Positions 1 to 12,000 of a stretch of DNA of 64,000 bases are shown here, in pieces. The notes under the pieces were generated by a model. The model searched no databases, was not told the DNA's origin, and saw only the letters and a program-made list of their open reading frames with translations. Both the position numbers and the translations under genes were made by a program. Numbering within the stretch: position 1 is the first letter of the stretch; each line of letters opens with the position of its first letter. The stretch is from Laetmonice hystrix. Its lineage: Eukaryota. Location: assembly GCA_965235115.1 (NCBI GenBank), contig OZ249436.1:42286001-42350000 (forward strand), given 5' to 3'.

Positions 1-80
1 TGGCTTGGCACTGACGACATCTTCACATTCCGACTCCTCACTTTCTTCCTCATCACTACTTTTGTCCTCAATGGATATTT
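1..80 (-). CDS. Downstream acidic exon of the SET-YR gene (EISIEDKSSDEEESEESECEDVVSAKP..., truncated by the window edge)
   Basis: Acceptor ttccttccag; phase 1 matches the donor at 2511; sequence and flank are paralogous to exon 16776-16880. Confidence 0.6.
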
Positions 81-3000
81 CTGGAAGGAAATGGTATACA
101 GTAAAACCTCCGATAGGGAACACCTCTACTTAAGGAACACCTCTGGATAGGGAACACTTTTCACAGTCCCAGATTTTCCCCTATCTTTTAGCACTGGAAC
201 AAAATAGCCATCCCCTACTTACACCTCTATATAGGGAACAGGGATCACCTGGGCAAGTCCCAACCTGTATCTCTCCCATTGCATTGGACCTCTGTTTAGG
301 GAACACTTGAGGCCAGTGGCGCACAATGTTATTGGAGGCGCGTTGTTACAACCGCTAATGTAATAACGCCCACTATTGTAATAACTGGGGTGCTAGGGGG
401 GTACCAGGGAAGTACCACCAGAGTACCGGACAGGACCAGGGGAGCATTTTTGGGGTACCCTCTGAATACCCTCTGGGTACCCCCTGGGTACCCAGAGGGT
501 ACCAACCGGGGGGTACCAGGGAAATACTACTGGAGTACCGGACAGGACCAGGTGAGCATTTTGGGGGTACCCCCTGAGTACCATCTGGGTACCCCCTGGG
601 TACCCTCAGGTACCGATCTGGTCGGTAGCCCTTGAACAAAGTTTTATTACAATAGCGGTTGCGAATTCTGGCGAACGCAACCGCTATTGTAATAACTGGG
701 GTGCTAGGGGGTACCAGGGAAGTACCACCAGAGTACCGGACAGGACCAGGTGAGCATTTTGGGGGTACCCCCTGAGTAACATCAAAAACTGGGTACCCCC
801 TGGGTACCCTCAGGTACCGATCTGGTCGGTAGCCCTTGAACAAAGTTTTATTACAATAGCGGTTGCGAATTCTGGCGAACGCAACCGCTATTGTAATAAC
901 TGGGGTGCTAGGGGGGTACCAGGGAAGTACCACCAGAGTACCGGACAGGACCAGGGGAGCATTTTGGGGGTACCCCTGAGTACCATCTGGGTACCCCCTA
1001 GGTACCCTCAGGTACCGATCTGGTCGGTAGCCCTTGAACAAAGTTTTATTACAATAGCGGTTGCGAATTCTGGCGAACGCAACCGCTATTGTAATAACTG
1101 GGGTGCTAGGGGGTACCAGGGAAGTACCACCAGAGAACCGGACAGGACCAGGGGAGCATTTTGGGGGTACCCCTGAGTACCATCTGGGTACCCCCTAGGT
1201 ACCCTCAGGTACCGATCTGGTCGGTAGCCCTTGAACAAAGTTTTATTACAATAGCGGTTGCGAATTCTGGCGAACGCAACCGCTATTGTAATAACTGGGG
1301 TGCTAGGGGGGTACCAGGGAAGTACCACATGGTACTCAGGGGGTACCCCCAAAATGCTCACCTGGTCCTGTCCGGTACTCCAGTAGTATTTCCCTGGTAC
1401 CCCCCGGTTGGTACCCTCTGCGTACCCAGGGGGTACCCATAGGGTATTCAGAGGGTACCCCAAAAATGCTCCCCTGGTCCTGTCCGGTACTCTGGTGGTA
1501 CTTCCCTGGTACCCCCCTAGCACCCCAGTTATTACAATAGTGGGCGTTATTACATTAGCGGTTGTAACAGCGCGTATACGAGCAGTGAGGAGCCGGCTGC
1601 AGGGAGCCGGCTCCATGCTTGAATGAACACTGTAGGTACTTAGACTGTTTATATACTACACAGGGCAAGGTAAGAATGGAGTGATTAATCAAGTTAAACT
1701 CAGTCATCAGTTGAGCAGGAGTGTCCACCAGTGGTTACTAGGGGACTGTGTTAGTTCTGCCTATCTCTACATCAAACCTATGTCTTATATTTTATCATTT
1801 CGCTTTCCCGTGTATACATAAGTCGAACTCTAGTTAGGGAACACCTCCAGTCAAGGAACACTTCGTCAAAGTCCCCCAAGTGTATATGGAGGTTTTACTA
1901 TATACTTCTGTGCAATGTTTGTAAAACTCTTAACTTTAATACATTATTTGGTTCTTAAACTCTTTTAGATTTGTCAAAAGAAGCCTGGGTTTTTGCTTAA
2001 ACAGTCCTTACTTTCACACTGGGGAAAACCAGAGAAAAATGGCAAAGAGAAGTTATCTTACAATTAACCTATTATCAAACAGGGGTGGAACGATTCTGTC
2101 ATGGACAAACAAAAAATTAAAAAAAATAAATACATAATTAAATATAAATAAAAATGGCCAATATGAGTAATTTTTACTATCTTTTACTATATATTTGTTC
2201 TTGGGGGACCTTCTAGAACATGGCTAAATGCCTTTTGTCAAATTTTCTTTTTTCTATCAGTTTGTATTCCATTTTAACAAATTTTTAAGACAAATAAGGA
2301 TTATTACCATATTGGGACATATGCATTTGAATTGTAAATTTTATCGTTCAATGGAATAATAGCGGATCACATGTAAATTAGTAAAAAAAAAAAGAATGCC
2401 TTAAAGCAAAAAAAAGGGTTACCTAGTGGTGTCCATTAATTTATGGTCAACCCGGTCTAAAAAAGGTATTATAAGGGGAAGCCCAGCTCATAGGAATAGC
2501 TTAAGTCCTACCTTCATTGATGTCGACCTGGATCTCATCCAAGCTTTTCCCTTGTTGCTCCATAAAACTGCCTTTTTCCAAGGCCACGAGCAGCTTCGAC
2601 ACTTTGGCCACTTGAAGGCAGTCGTCAGGTAAGCGGTAGAATTCACGATGCACTCGTATATCATGTCCCAAGAAATTAGCCAAAATGTCCAACTCGTTGT
2701 CTTTGAGGTTAAGAATCTGGGATAATGTTGCGATCTGTTTTCTAAGTTTCGTGGAACGAAGAAGTTCTGGATACTTGGCTCCACATGTGGAGCTTTGCTC
2801 CCGCAATGTGTCGCACCCACGGATATGGCCAAGTGAGTTTTGATGTGCACAAGCAAACACAAACCCATTTGCCGGGTGGACTCCAGCTTCATTTCTCATA
2901 TCAACAAGCTTTTGTAACCACTGTAGCATATTTGAAGTGAGGAGGACTGGTACGGTTCTACCCCTTTTTCCCACGATTTCAATGCGATGCAGAGCGTTGC

Positions 3001-6000
3001 ACAATTTTTGTTCAAATGGTGACAGCATCGAAACAATGTCCCGCTGTTGACATTGATGCCTTTCCTCAAAATCAGCCAGTTTCATCCTTGAGACCTCTCC
3101 CTGACGTCTGCGGTTAAACAAGATGATAGATGTCAGAGTTACTTCACTCAACTGACACCATGAGGCTGTGACATCCTCCTTTGACTGTAATTTAGCAAAT
3201 GCTCCCTCAGCTTTTGCATTTATATGCTTCGTCAGCAGTACACAATCATTTGTCAGTGGAACAAGTTTGACTTTATTACGCTTCTGCTCAGCCAGAGCCC
3301 GTAGAGCATGTGATGAAACTTGTTCCGTCCACTCCATCTCAATTAATTCGGTGAATGTTGCAGCTTTCGTCACACAGCCTTGATCACCACTCTGCAAGGC
3401 AGTTCCCTTAAGAATTTTAGCACACTTCTTTAAAGAGTGGCCAACTTTCAAAGCCAACGAAGGTGTCGCCATTGTGTGAGCATCTCTATCAAATCCTGAT
3501 ATGTTCCGAGCAGATTCCACCACTTTAGAAAAGAGTTTGGGATCAATGAATTCTTCAAGTGCTGCAGACGGTTTCTCACTTGTCTTTCGCAAATCCATCA
3601 GAAGTCTCGCTACTTCACGAAGGGTGTTTCTGACTGGTGCAAACTGGTCCCTATCATGACCGTGCTTCAAGTATAACTTTTCTGCTAACTTTAAGATTAA
3701 GTTGTCACTCTTGACAACCCTTGAGATCTCATCGCAGGAGAATGTGCAGAGTAATTTGTTTAAGGATGTCGAAACTCCTGGTGGCAAAGGAAGAAGCAAG
3801 CGTCCGGATTCCAAGATTCGAGAAAATTTCTTTCTCTCGGCTGGAGCAGACTGGCATCGCCTTACATGCTTCCACAAGTCGTACTTTGCATAGTATCCGA
3901 GACAGTATTCACAAGGAACGTAGTCTTTCCATGATGCTGGATTGGATGGCCTATAGGCCACAATAAGGGTTCCTTGATTTTTTCTGATGACCTCTGTATT
4001 GTGTAGATGATTTCCAAGGTTTCTAAGATACACAAACATTGCATCCCTTTTTGACTTGTCCTTTTCTTGCATACAGTTAATCACTTCCACTTCTTCCTTG
4101 TGCTGAGTTTCAAAGTGACGACGGATCTTCAGCTTGAAGGGTTTGGAACAATACATACAGTAGTGGATCTTGTCGTAGTTCCTCTTGCCACCACTATTAT
4201 TGCTTTCCATTACTATTACGGATGATGAACTGTCTGCTTCACTCGTAGAGTCTGCTGCACCCGTATGGCCTGCTTCACTCATAGTCACTGCTGCACTTGT
4301 ATTGCCTGCTTCATTCGTAGCGATTGCTACACTCGTATTGCCCGCTTCATTCAAAGTCATTGCTGCACTCGTATTGCCTGCTTCATTCGTAGTGATTGCT
4401 GCACTCGTAGTGTCTGCTACACTTGTAGTGTCTGCCGTAGAGTCACATAGAGTAGGGAATGCTGGACCAACCGATTTTGGGAATAATTTCTTGGGAGTTG
4501 CAGGGGTAGACGAACCACCAAGTGACAAAAGGATGCTGTTTATGTCCATGGGATCATTTCCATCACTGCAATCGGATCCAGAGACATAGTCTGCATCTGA
4601 ACAAAAATTAAAACAACACAGAGGGTTAGTCATGATACAGTTATGATACATCATTGGTTTGAATAGTTTGGAGGATTTCCAAACTTTCCATATGAACGTT
4701 CCACACTGGTCGTCGAAAAGCTGCAAGAATTTGACAACTAAACTATTATATATTCAACTTCAACTTACCAGGGACATAGTCCTCATCAGAAGGTGACTCA
4801 TCAGAAGGTAACTCTTCTACGTCTACTTCCATATCATCAGGGAATAGGCCTGAAAGAAATAGTTTCAAGTTAGAAACGTTAGCCATTGAAAAGACGAAAG
4901 TTTGGAAGGAAAGGCAGCCAGGATGGCAGGTAGCGGGATGGTGGGGTCAGCAGATTTGGTTCCAAACATATCATTTGGGGACGCACCTGCAATTGTGGAC
5001 GTCCCCAATTCAAGAACTTTTGCAGATGCAACCTCGCCTAAGGTGGATGCTAAGGTGGCAAAGATAGATTGCCTGGGAGGGAAGGTGGGAACGGCCAGAA
5101 CGGTGGGTGGGGAAGGTGGAGGTTGGATGGCAGATAGAGCAAGTGGGGACGGCAGGTCAGGGAGTTGGGGACCGCGGGTTAGAGAGGTGGGGACGGCGGG
5201 TCAGGAAGGAGGGGATGGCGGGTCACGGAGGTGGAGACAGGTCAATGAGGTGGGGATGGCGGGTCAGGGAAGTGGGGACAGCGGGTTAGAGATTGGACAA
5301 AACTAGGAAAGAACAGCCAGGACGGCAGGTAGGGACAGCTGGGACAGCGGGTGGGGAAGGTGGGGTAAGCGGGGACGGCAGGGCAGCAGGGACAGGGCGG
5401 CGCAAAGAAACCCAGTTAATATGTCAGCCTGAGCTTTACATATGAGATACCTCATGTTAATGTGTATGGATTTGATTCAAAACATATCATTTGGGGACAC
5501 ACCTGCAATTGTGGACGTCCCCAATTGGACAACTTTTGAGGGTGCAGCCTGGCCTGAGATGGCGAAGCCTTGACAGCAGGGAAGATGGGAACTGCCAGGG
5601 TGGCGCTTAGAGGTGGGAACCGCTTGAATGGCGGGTGGGGCAGGTGGGAACGGCCAGGGCAGCAACTAGGGGAGGCGAGTATGGTTGGGGCAGTTTTTGA
5701 CAATTCGACAATTGAACTATGTTATATTCAACTTCTACTTACCAGGGACATGATCCTCATCAGAAGGTAAATCTCCTACAACTGCTGCTGGCATGTCATC
5801 AGGCGATACGCCTGAAAGAAGTAGTTTCAATTCAGAAATGTTGGCCATTGGAAAGTCGAAACTAGGGGGCGGAACAGCCAGACAGGTAGGGTAGGTTGAG
5901 AGGGCTGAGACAGCGGGTTGGGGAGGCAGGAATGTCAGGACAGGACAGACAGGTACAGGACGGCGGGAATGAGCCTAGTTAATATGTCAGGCTGAGCTTT

Positions 6001-9000
6001 ACATACGAGATACCTTTTAGTTAATGTGTATGGATTTGATTCAAAACATATCATTCGGGGACACACCTGCAATTGTGGACGTCCCCAATTCGACAACTTT
6101 TTAAGGTGCAGCCTTTCCTGGGATGGTGAAGCCTAAACAGTGGTAGGGAAGATGGGGATGGCTAGGGCGGCACTTCGAAGGGGTGGGAACGGCTGGGTCA
6201 GTGACTTGGGAAGGTCGGTACAGCTGGGGCAGTTTTTTGGGAATTCGACAATTGAACTATATAATTTTCAACTTCAACTTACCAGGTACATGATTCTCAT
6301 CAGAAGATAAATCTCTTTCAACTGCTGCTGGCATGTCATCAGCCGATACGCCTGAAAGAAATAGTTTAAAGTCAGAAACGTTGGCAATTGGAAAGACAAA
6401 ACTGGGGGGGGGGGGGGAGTAGAAGGAACAGCCAGGTGGGTAGGGTAGGTTGGAATGGCGAGACACTGGTGGGGTAGGGAGGGATGTCAGGACGGGCAGA
6501 CAGGGACAGGACGGCGGGGAGGAGCCCAGTTAATATGTCAGCCTGACAGGTTTCCCACAGGCTGGCTATATTAAAATTTCATGACTTCTTCATGACTTTT
6601 CCAGACCACCAAAACTCCCAAATTTTATGACCAATTCCATATAAAATTTACCAAATACATGTAGTCTAAAATCCCAGAATTGACCCCTATATAATACGTC
6701 GTGAAACTTTACAATTTTGACCCAACATGCAGAAACTGAAATGTGGTTCAAAAGAAATCTCAAACTCCATGACCTTTCCATGACTCTCCCTCTTTTTTAT
6801 ATTTTCTATGACTTTTCCAGGCCTGGAAAACGAAATTTCGTTTTCCATGACTTTAATGACTTTTCCTGACTGTGGGAAAACTGCCTGAGCTTTACATACA
6901 TCATACCTTATAGTTAATGTGTATGGAAATCATTTGGGGACACACCTGCAATTGTGGACGTCCCCAATTGGACAACTTTTGAGGGTGCAGCCTGGCCTGA
7001 GATGGCGAAGCCTTGACAGCAGTAGGGAGAATGACAACTGCCAGGGCGGCGCCAATTGGGACAACGTTTGAGGGTGCAGCCTTGCCTGGGATGGCGAAGC
7101 CTGAACATAGGTGGGAAGGTGGGAACGGCTATGGCGGCGCCTCAAGGAGGTGGGAATGGCTGGGTCGGCGACTAGGGGAGGTCGGTACAGCTAGGGATTT
7201 GATTCAAAACATATCATTTTGGGACACACCTGCAATTGTGGACGTCCCCAATTGGACAACTTTTGAGGGTGCAGCCTGGCCCGAGATGGCGAAGCCTTGA
7301 CAGCTAGGGAAGATGGGAACTGCGAGGGCAGCGCTTGGAGGAGGTGGGAGCTGCCGGGATGGCGGGTGGTGGAGGTGGGAACGGCCGGGGCAGACAATTC
7401 GACAGTTGAACTATTTCATATTCAACTTCAACTTACCAGGGATACGATCCTTATCAGGCAGTAAATCTACAACTGCTGCTGGCATGTTATCTGCCAATAT
7501 GCCCAAAAGAAATAGTTTCAAGTTATAAACGTTGACTATTGGTTAGATGAAACTAGGGGGGCAGCCAGGACAGCAGGTAGGGTAGGGTAGGGCAGCTGAG
7601 ACAGGTGGGGTCGGCGGGGATGGCGGGGGGTGGGGGGGGGGGGTGGGGTGGTGGAAGATAAGGACAGAACGGCGGGAAAGAGCTCATTTAATATGTCAGC
7701 CTGAGCATTACATATCAGTGACCTTATGTTAATGTGTATGGATTTGATTCAAAACATATCATTTGGGGACACACATGCAATTGTGGACGTCCCCAATTGG
7801 ACAACTTTTGAGGATGCAGCCTTGCCTGGGATGGCGAAGCCTGATCAGAGGTGCGAAGGTGGGAACAGCTACGGCAGCGCCTCGAGAGGTGGGAACGGCT
7901 GGGTCAGCGACTAGGGGAGATGGGTACGGCTGGGGCAGTTTTTGAGAATTCGACATTTAAACTATATTCAACTTCATCTTACCAGGGACATGATCCTCAT
8001 CAGAAGTTAAATCTCCTACAACTGCTGCTGGCATGTCATCAGCCGATACGCCTGAAAGAAATACTTTCAAGTCAGAAACACTGGCAATCAGAAAGACGAA
8101 ACTGGGGGGGGGGGGGGAGGAAGAGTCAGGGTCAGGCGACTAGTGGAGGTCGGTACAGCTGGGGCAATTTTTGACAATTCGACAATTGAACTATGTTATA
8201 ATATTCAACTTCAACTAACCAGGGACACGATCCTCATCAGAAGGTAAATCTCCTACAACTGCTGCTGGCATGTCTTCAGGCGATACGCCTGAAAGAAATC
8301 GCTCCAAGTCAGAAACGTTGGCAACTGGAAAGATGAAACTGGAGGGGGGGGGGGGAACAGCCAGGTGGGTAGGGTAGGTTGGGATGGCTGGGACACCGGT
8401 GGGGAAGGCTGGCATGTGAGGGCAGGAAGACAGGGACAGGACGGTGGGAAGGAACCCAGTTAATATGTCAGCCTGAGCTTTACATACGAGATACCTTATA
8501 GTTAAACGTGTATGGATTTGATTCAAAACATATCATTTGGGGACACACCTGCAATCGTGGACGTCCCCAATTGGACAACTTTTGAGAGTGCTAGGGCGAC
8601 GCTTCATAGAGGTGGGAACGGCTGGGTCAGCGACTAGGGAAGGTCGGTACAGCTGGGGGAGTTTTTGGGAATTCGACAATTGAACTATATAATTTTCAAC
8701 TTTAACTTACCAGGTACATGATTCTCATCAGAAGATAAATCTCTTTCAACTGCTGCTGGCATGTCATCAGCCGATACGCCTGAAAGAAATAGTTTAAAGT
8801 CAGAAACGTTGGCAATTGGAAAGACAAAACTGGGGGGGGGGGGAGTAGAAGGAACAGCCAGGTGGGTAGGGTAGGTTGGAATGGCGAGACAATAGTGGGG
8901 TAGGGAGGGATGTCAGGACGGGCAGACAGGGACAGGACGGCGGGGAGGAGCCCAGTTAATATGTCAGCCTGACAGGGTTCCCACAGGCTGGCTATATTAA

Positions 9001-12000
9001 AATTTCATGACTTCTTCATGACTTTTCCAGACCACCAAAACTCCCAAATTTCATGACCAATTCCATATAAAATTTACCAAATACATGTAGTCTAAAATCC
9101 CAGAATTGACCCCTATATAATACGTCGTGAAACTTTACAATTTTGACCCAACATGCAGAAACTGAAATGTGGTTCAAAAGAAATCTCAAACTCCATGACC
9201 TTTTCATGACTCTCCCTCTTTTTTATATTTTCTATGACTTTTCCAGGCCTGGAAAACGAAATTTCGTTTTCCATGACTTTAGTGACTTTTCCTGACTGTG
9301 GGAAAACTGCCTGAGCTTTACATACATCATACCTTATAGTTAATGTGTATGGAAATCATTTGGGGACACACCTGCAATTGTGGACGTCCCCAATTGGACA
9401 ACTTTTGAGGGTGCAGCCTGGCCTGAGATGGCGAAGCCTTGACAGCAGTAGGGAAGATGACAACTGCCAGGGCGGTGCCAATTGGGACAACGTTTGAGGG
9501 TGCTGCCTTGCCTGGGATGGCGAAGCCTGAACATAGGTGGGAAGGTGGGAACGGCTATGGCGGCGCCTCAAGGAGGTGGGAATGGCTGGGTCGGCGACTA
9601 GGGGAGGTCGGTACAGCTAGGGATTTAATTCAAAACATATCAGTTTGGGACACACCTGCAATTGTGGACGTCCCCAATTGGACAACTTTTGAGGGTGCAG
9701 CCTGGCCCGAGATGGCGAAGCCTTGACAGCTAGGGAAGATGGCAACTGCCAGGGCAGCGCTTGGAGGAGGTGGGAGCTGCCGGGATGGCGGGTGGTGGAG
9801 GTGGGAACGGCCGGGGCAGACAATTCGACAGTTGAACTATTTCATATTCAACTTCAACTTACCAGGGATACGATCCTTATCACGCAGTAAATCTACAACT
9901 GCTGCTGGCATGTTATCTGCCAATATGCCCAAAAGAAATAGTTTCAAGTTATAAACGTTGACTATTGGTTAGATGAAACTAGGGGGGCAGCCAGGACAGC
10001 AGGTAGGGTAGGGTAGGGCAGCTGAGACAGCAGGTGGGGAAGGTGGGGTCGGCGGGGATGGCGGGGATGGCGGGGGGGGGGGTGGAAGATAAGGACAGAA
10101 CGGCGGGAAAGAGCTCATTTGATATGTCAGCCTGAGCATTACATATCAGTGACCTTATGTTAATGTGTATGGATTTGATTCAAAACATATCATTTGGGGA
10201 CACACATGCAATTGTGGACGTCCCCAATTGGACAACTTTTGAGGATGCAGCCTTGCCTGGGATGGCAAAGCCTGATCAGAGGTGCGAAGGTGGGAACGGC
10301 TACGGCAGCGCTTCGAGAAGGTGGGAACGGCTGGGTCAGCGACTAGAGGAGATGGGTACGGCTGGGGCAGTTTTTGAGAATTCGACATTTAAACTATATT
10401 CAACTTCATCTTACCAGGGACATGATCCTCATCAGAAGTTAAATCTCCTACAACTGCTGCTGGCATGTCATCAGCCGATACGCCTGAAAGAAATACTTTC
10501 AAGTCAGAAACACTGGCAATCAGAAAGACGAAACTGGGGGGGGGGGGAGGAAGAGTCAGGGTCAGGCGACTAGTGGAGGTCGGTACAGCTGGGGCAATTT
10601 TTGACAATTCGACAATTGAACTATGTTATAATATTCAACTTCAACTAACCAGGGACACGATCCTCATCAGAAGGTAAATCTCCTACAACTGCGGCTGGCA
10701 TGTCATCAGGCGATACGCCTGAAAGAAATCGCTCCAAGTCAGAAACGTTGGCAACTGGAAAGATGAAACTGGAGGGGGGGGGGGGGAACAGCCAGGTGGG
10801 TAGGGTAGGTTGGGATGGCTGGGACACCGGTGGGGAAGGCTGGCATGTGAGGGCAGGAAGACAGGGACAGGACGGTGGGAAGGAACCCAGTTAATATGTC
10901 AGCCTGAGCTTTACATACGAGATACCTTATAGTTAAACGTGTATGGATTTGATTCAAAACATATCATTTGGGGACACACCTGCAATCGTGGACGTCCCCA
11001 ATTGGACAACTTTTGAGAGTGCTAGGGCGACGCTTCATAGAGGTGGAAACGGCTGGGTCAGCGACTAGGGAAGGTCGGTACAGCTGGGGGGGTTTTTGGG
11101 AATTCGACAATTGAACTATATAATTTTCAACTTTAACTTACCAGGTACATGATTCTCATCAGAAGATAAATCTCTTTCAACTGCTGCTGGCATGTCATCA
11201 GCCGATACGCCTGAAAGAAATAGTTTAAAGTCAGAAACGTTGGCAATTGGAAAGATAAAACTGGGGGGGGGGGGGGAGTAGAAGGAACAGCCAGGTGGGT
11301 AGGGTAGGTTGGAATGGTGAGACAATAGTGGGGTAGGGAGGGATGTCAGGACGGGCAGACAGGGACAGGACGGCGGGGAGGAGCCCAGTTAATATGTCAG
11401 CCTGACAGGGTTCCCACAGGCTGGCTATATTAAAATTTCATGACTTCTTCATGACTTTTCCAGACCACCAAAACTCCCAAATTTCATCACCAATTCCATA
11501 TATAATTTACCAAATAGTCTAAAATCCCAGAATTGACCCCTATATAATACGTCGTGAAACTTTGCAATTATGACCCAACGTGCAGGAACTGAAATGTAGT
11601 TTAAAAGAAATCTCAAACTCCATGACTTTTCCATGACTCTCCTTTTTTTATATTTTCTATGACTCTTCCAGGCCTGGAAAACGAAATTTCGTTTTCCATG
11701 ACTTTTAATGAGTTTTCCTGACCGTAGGAACCCTGCCTGAGCTTTACATGAGATGCCTTATAGTTAATGTGTACAGAAATCATTTGGGGACACACCTGCA
11801 ATTGTGGACGTTTCCAATTGGGAAAACTTTTGAGGGTGCAGCCTGGCCTGAGATGGCGAAGCCTTGACAGCAGTAGGAAAGGTGGGAACTGCCAGGGGGG
11901 CGCCAAGTGGACAACTTTTGAGGGTGCAGCCTTGCCTGGGATAGCGAAGCCTGAACATAGGTGGAAAGGTGGAAACGGCTCCGGTGGCCCTTCGAGGAGG

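Noticed and set aside
373..1626. Pro/Gly-rich ORFs up to 222 aa
   Set aside because: Open on both strands because they lie in a palindromic tandem repeat; no domain signal.
4597..4726. N-terminal 43 aa of the 741-aa ORF
   Set aside because: Begins at a non-ATG codon and lies upstream of a clear acceptor, so it is probably intronic.
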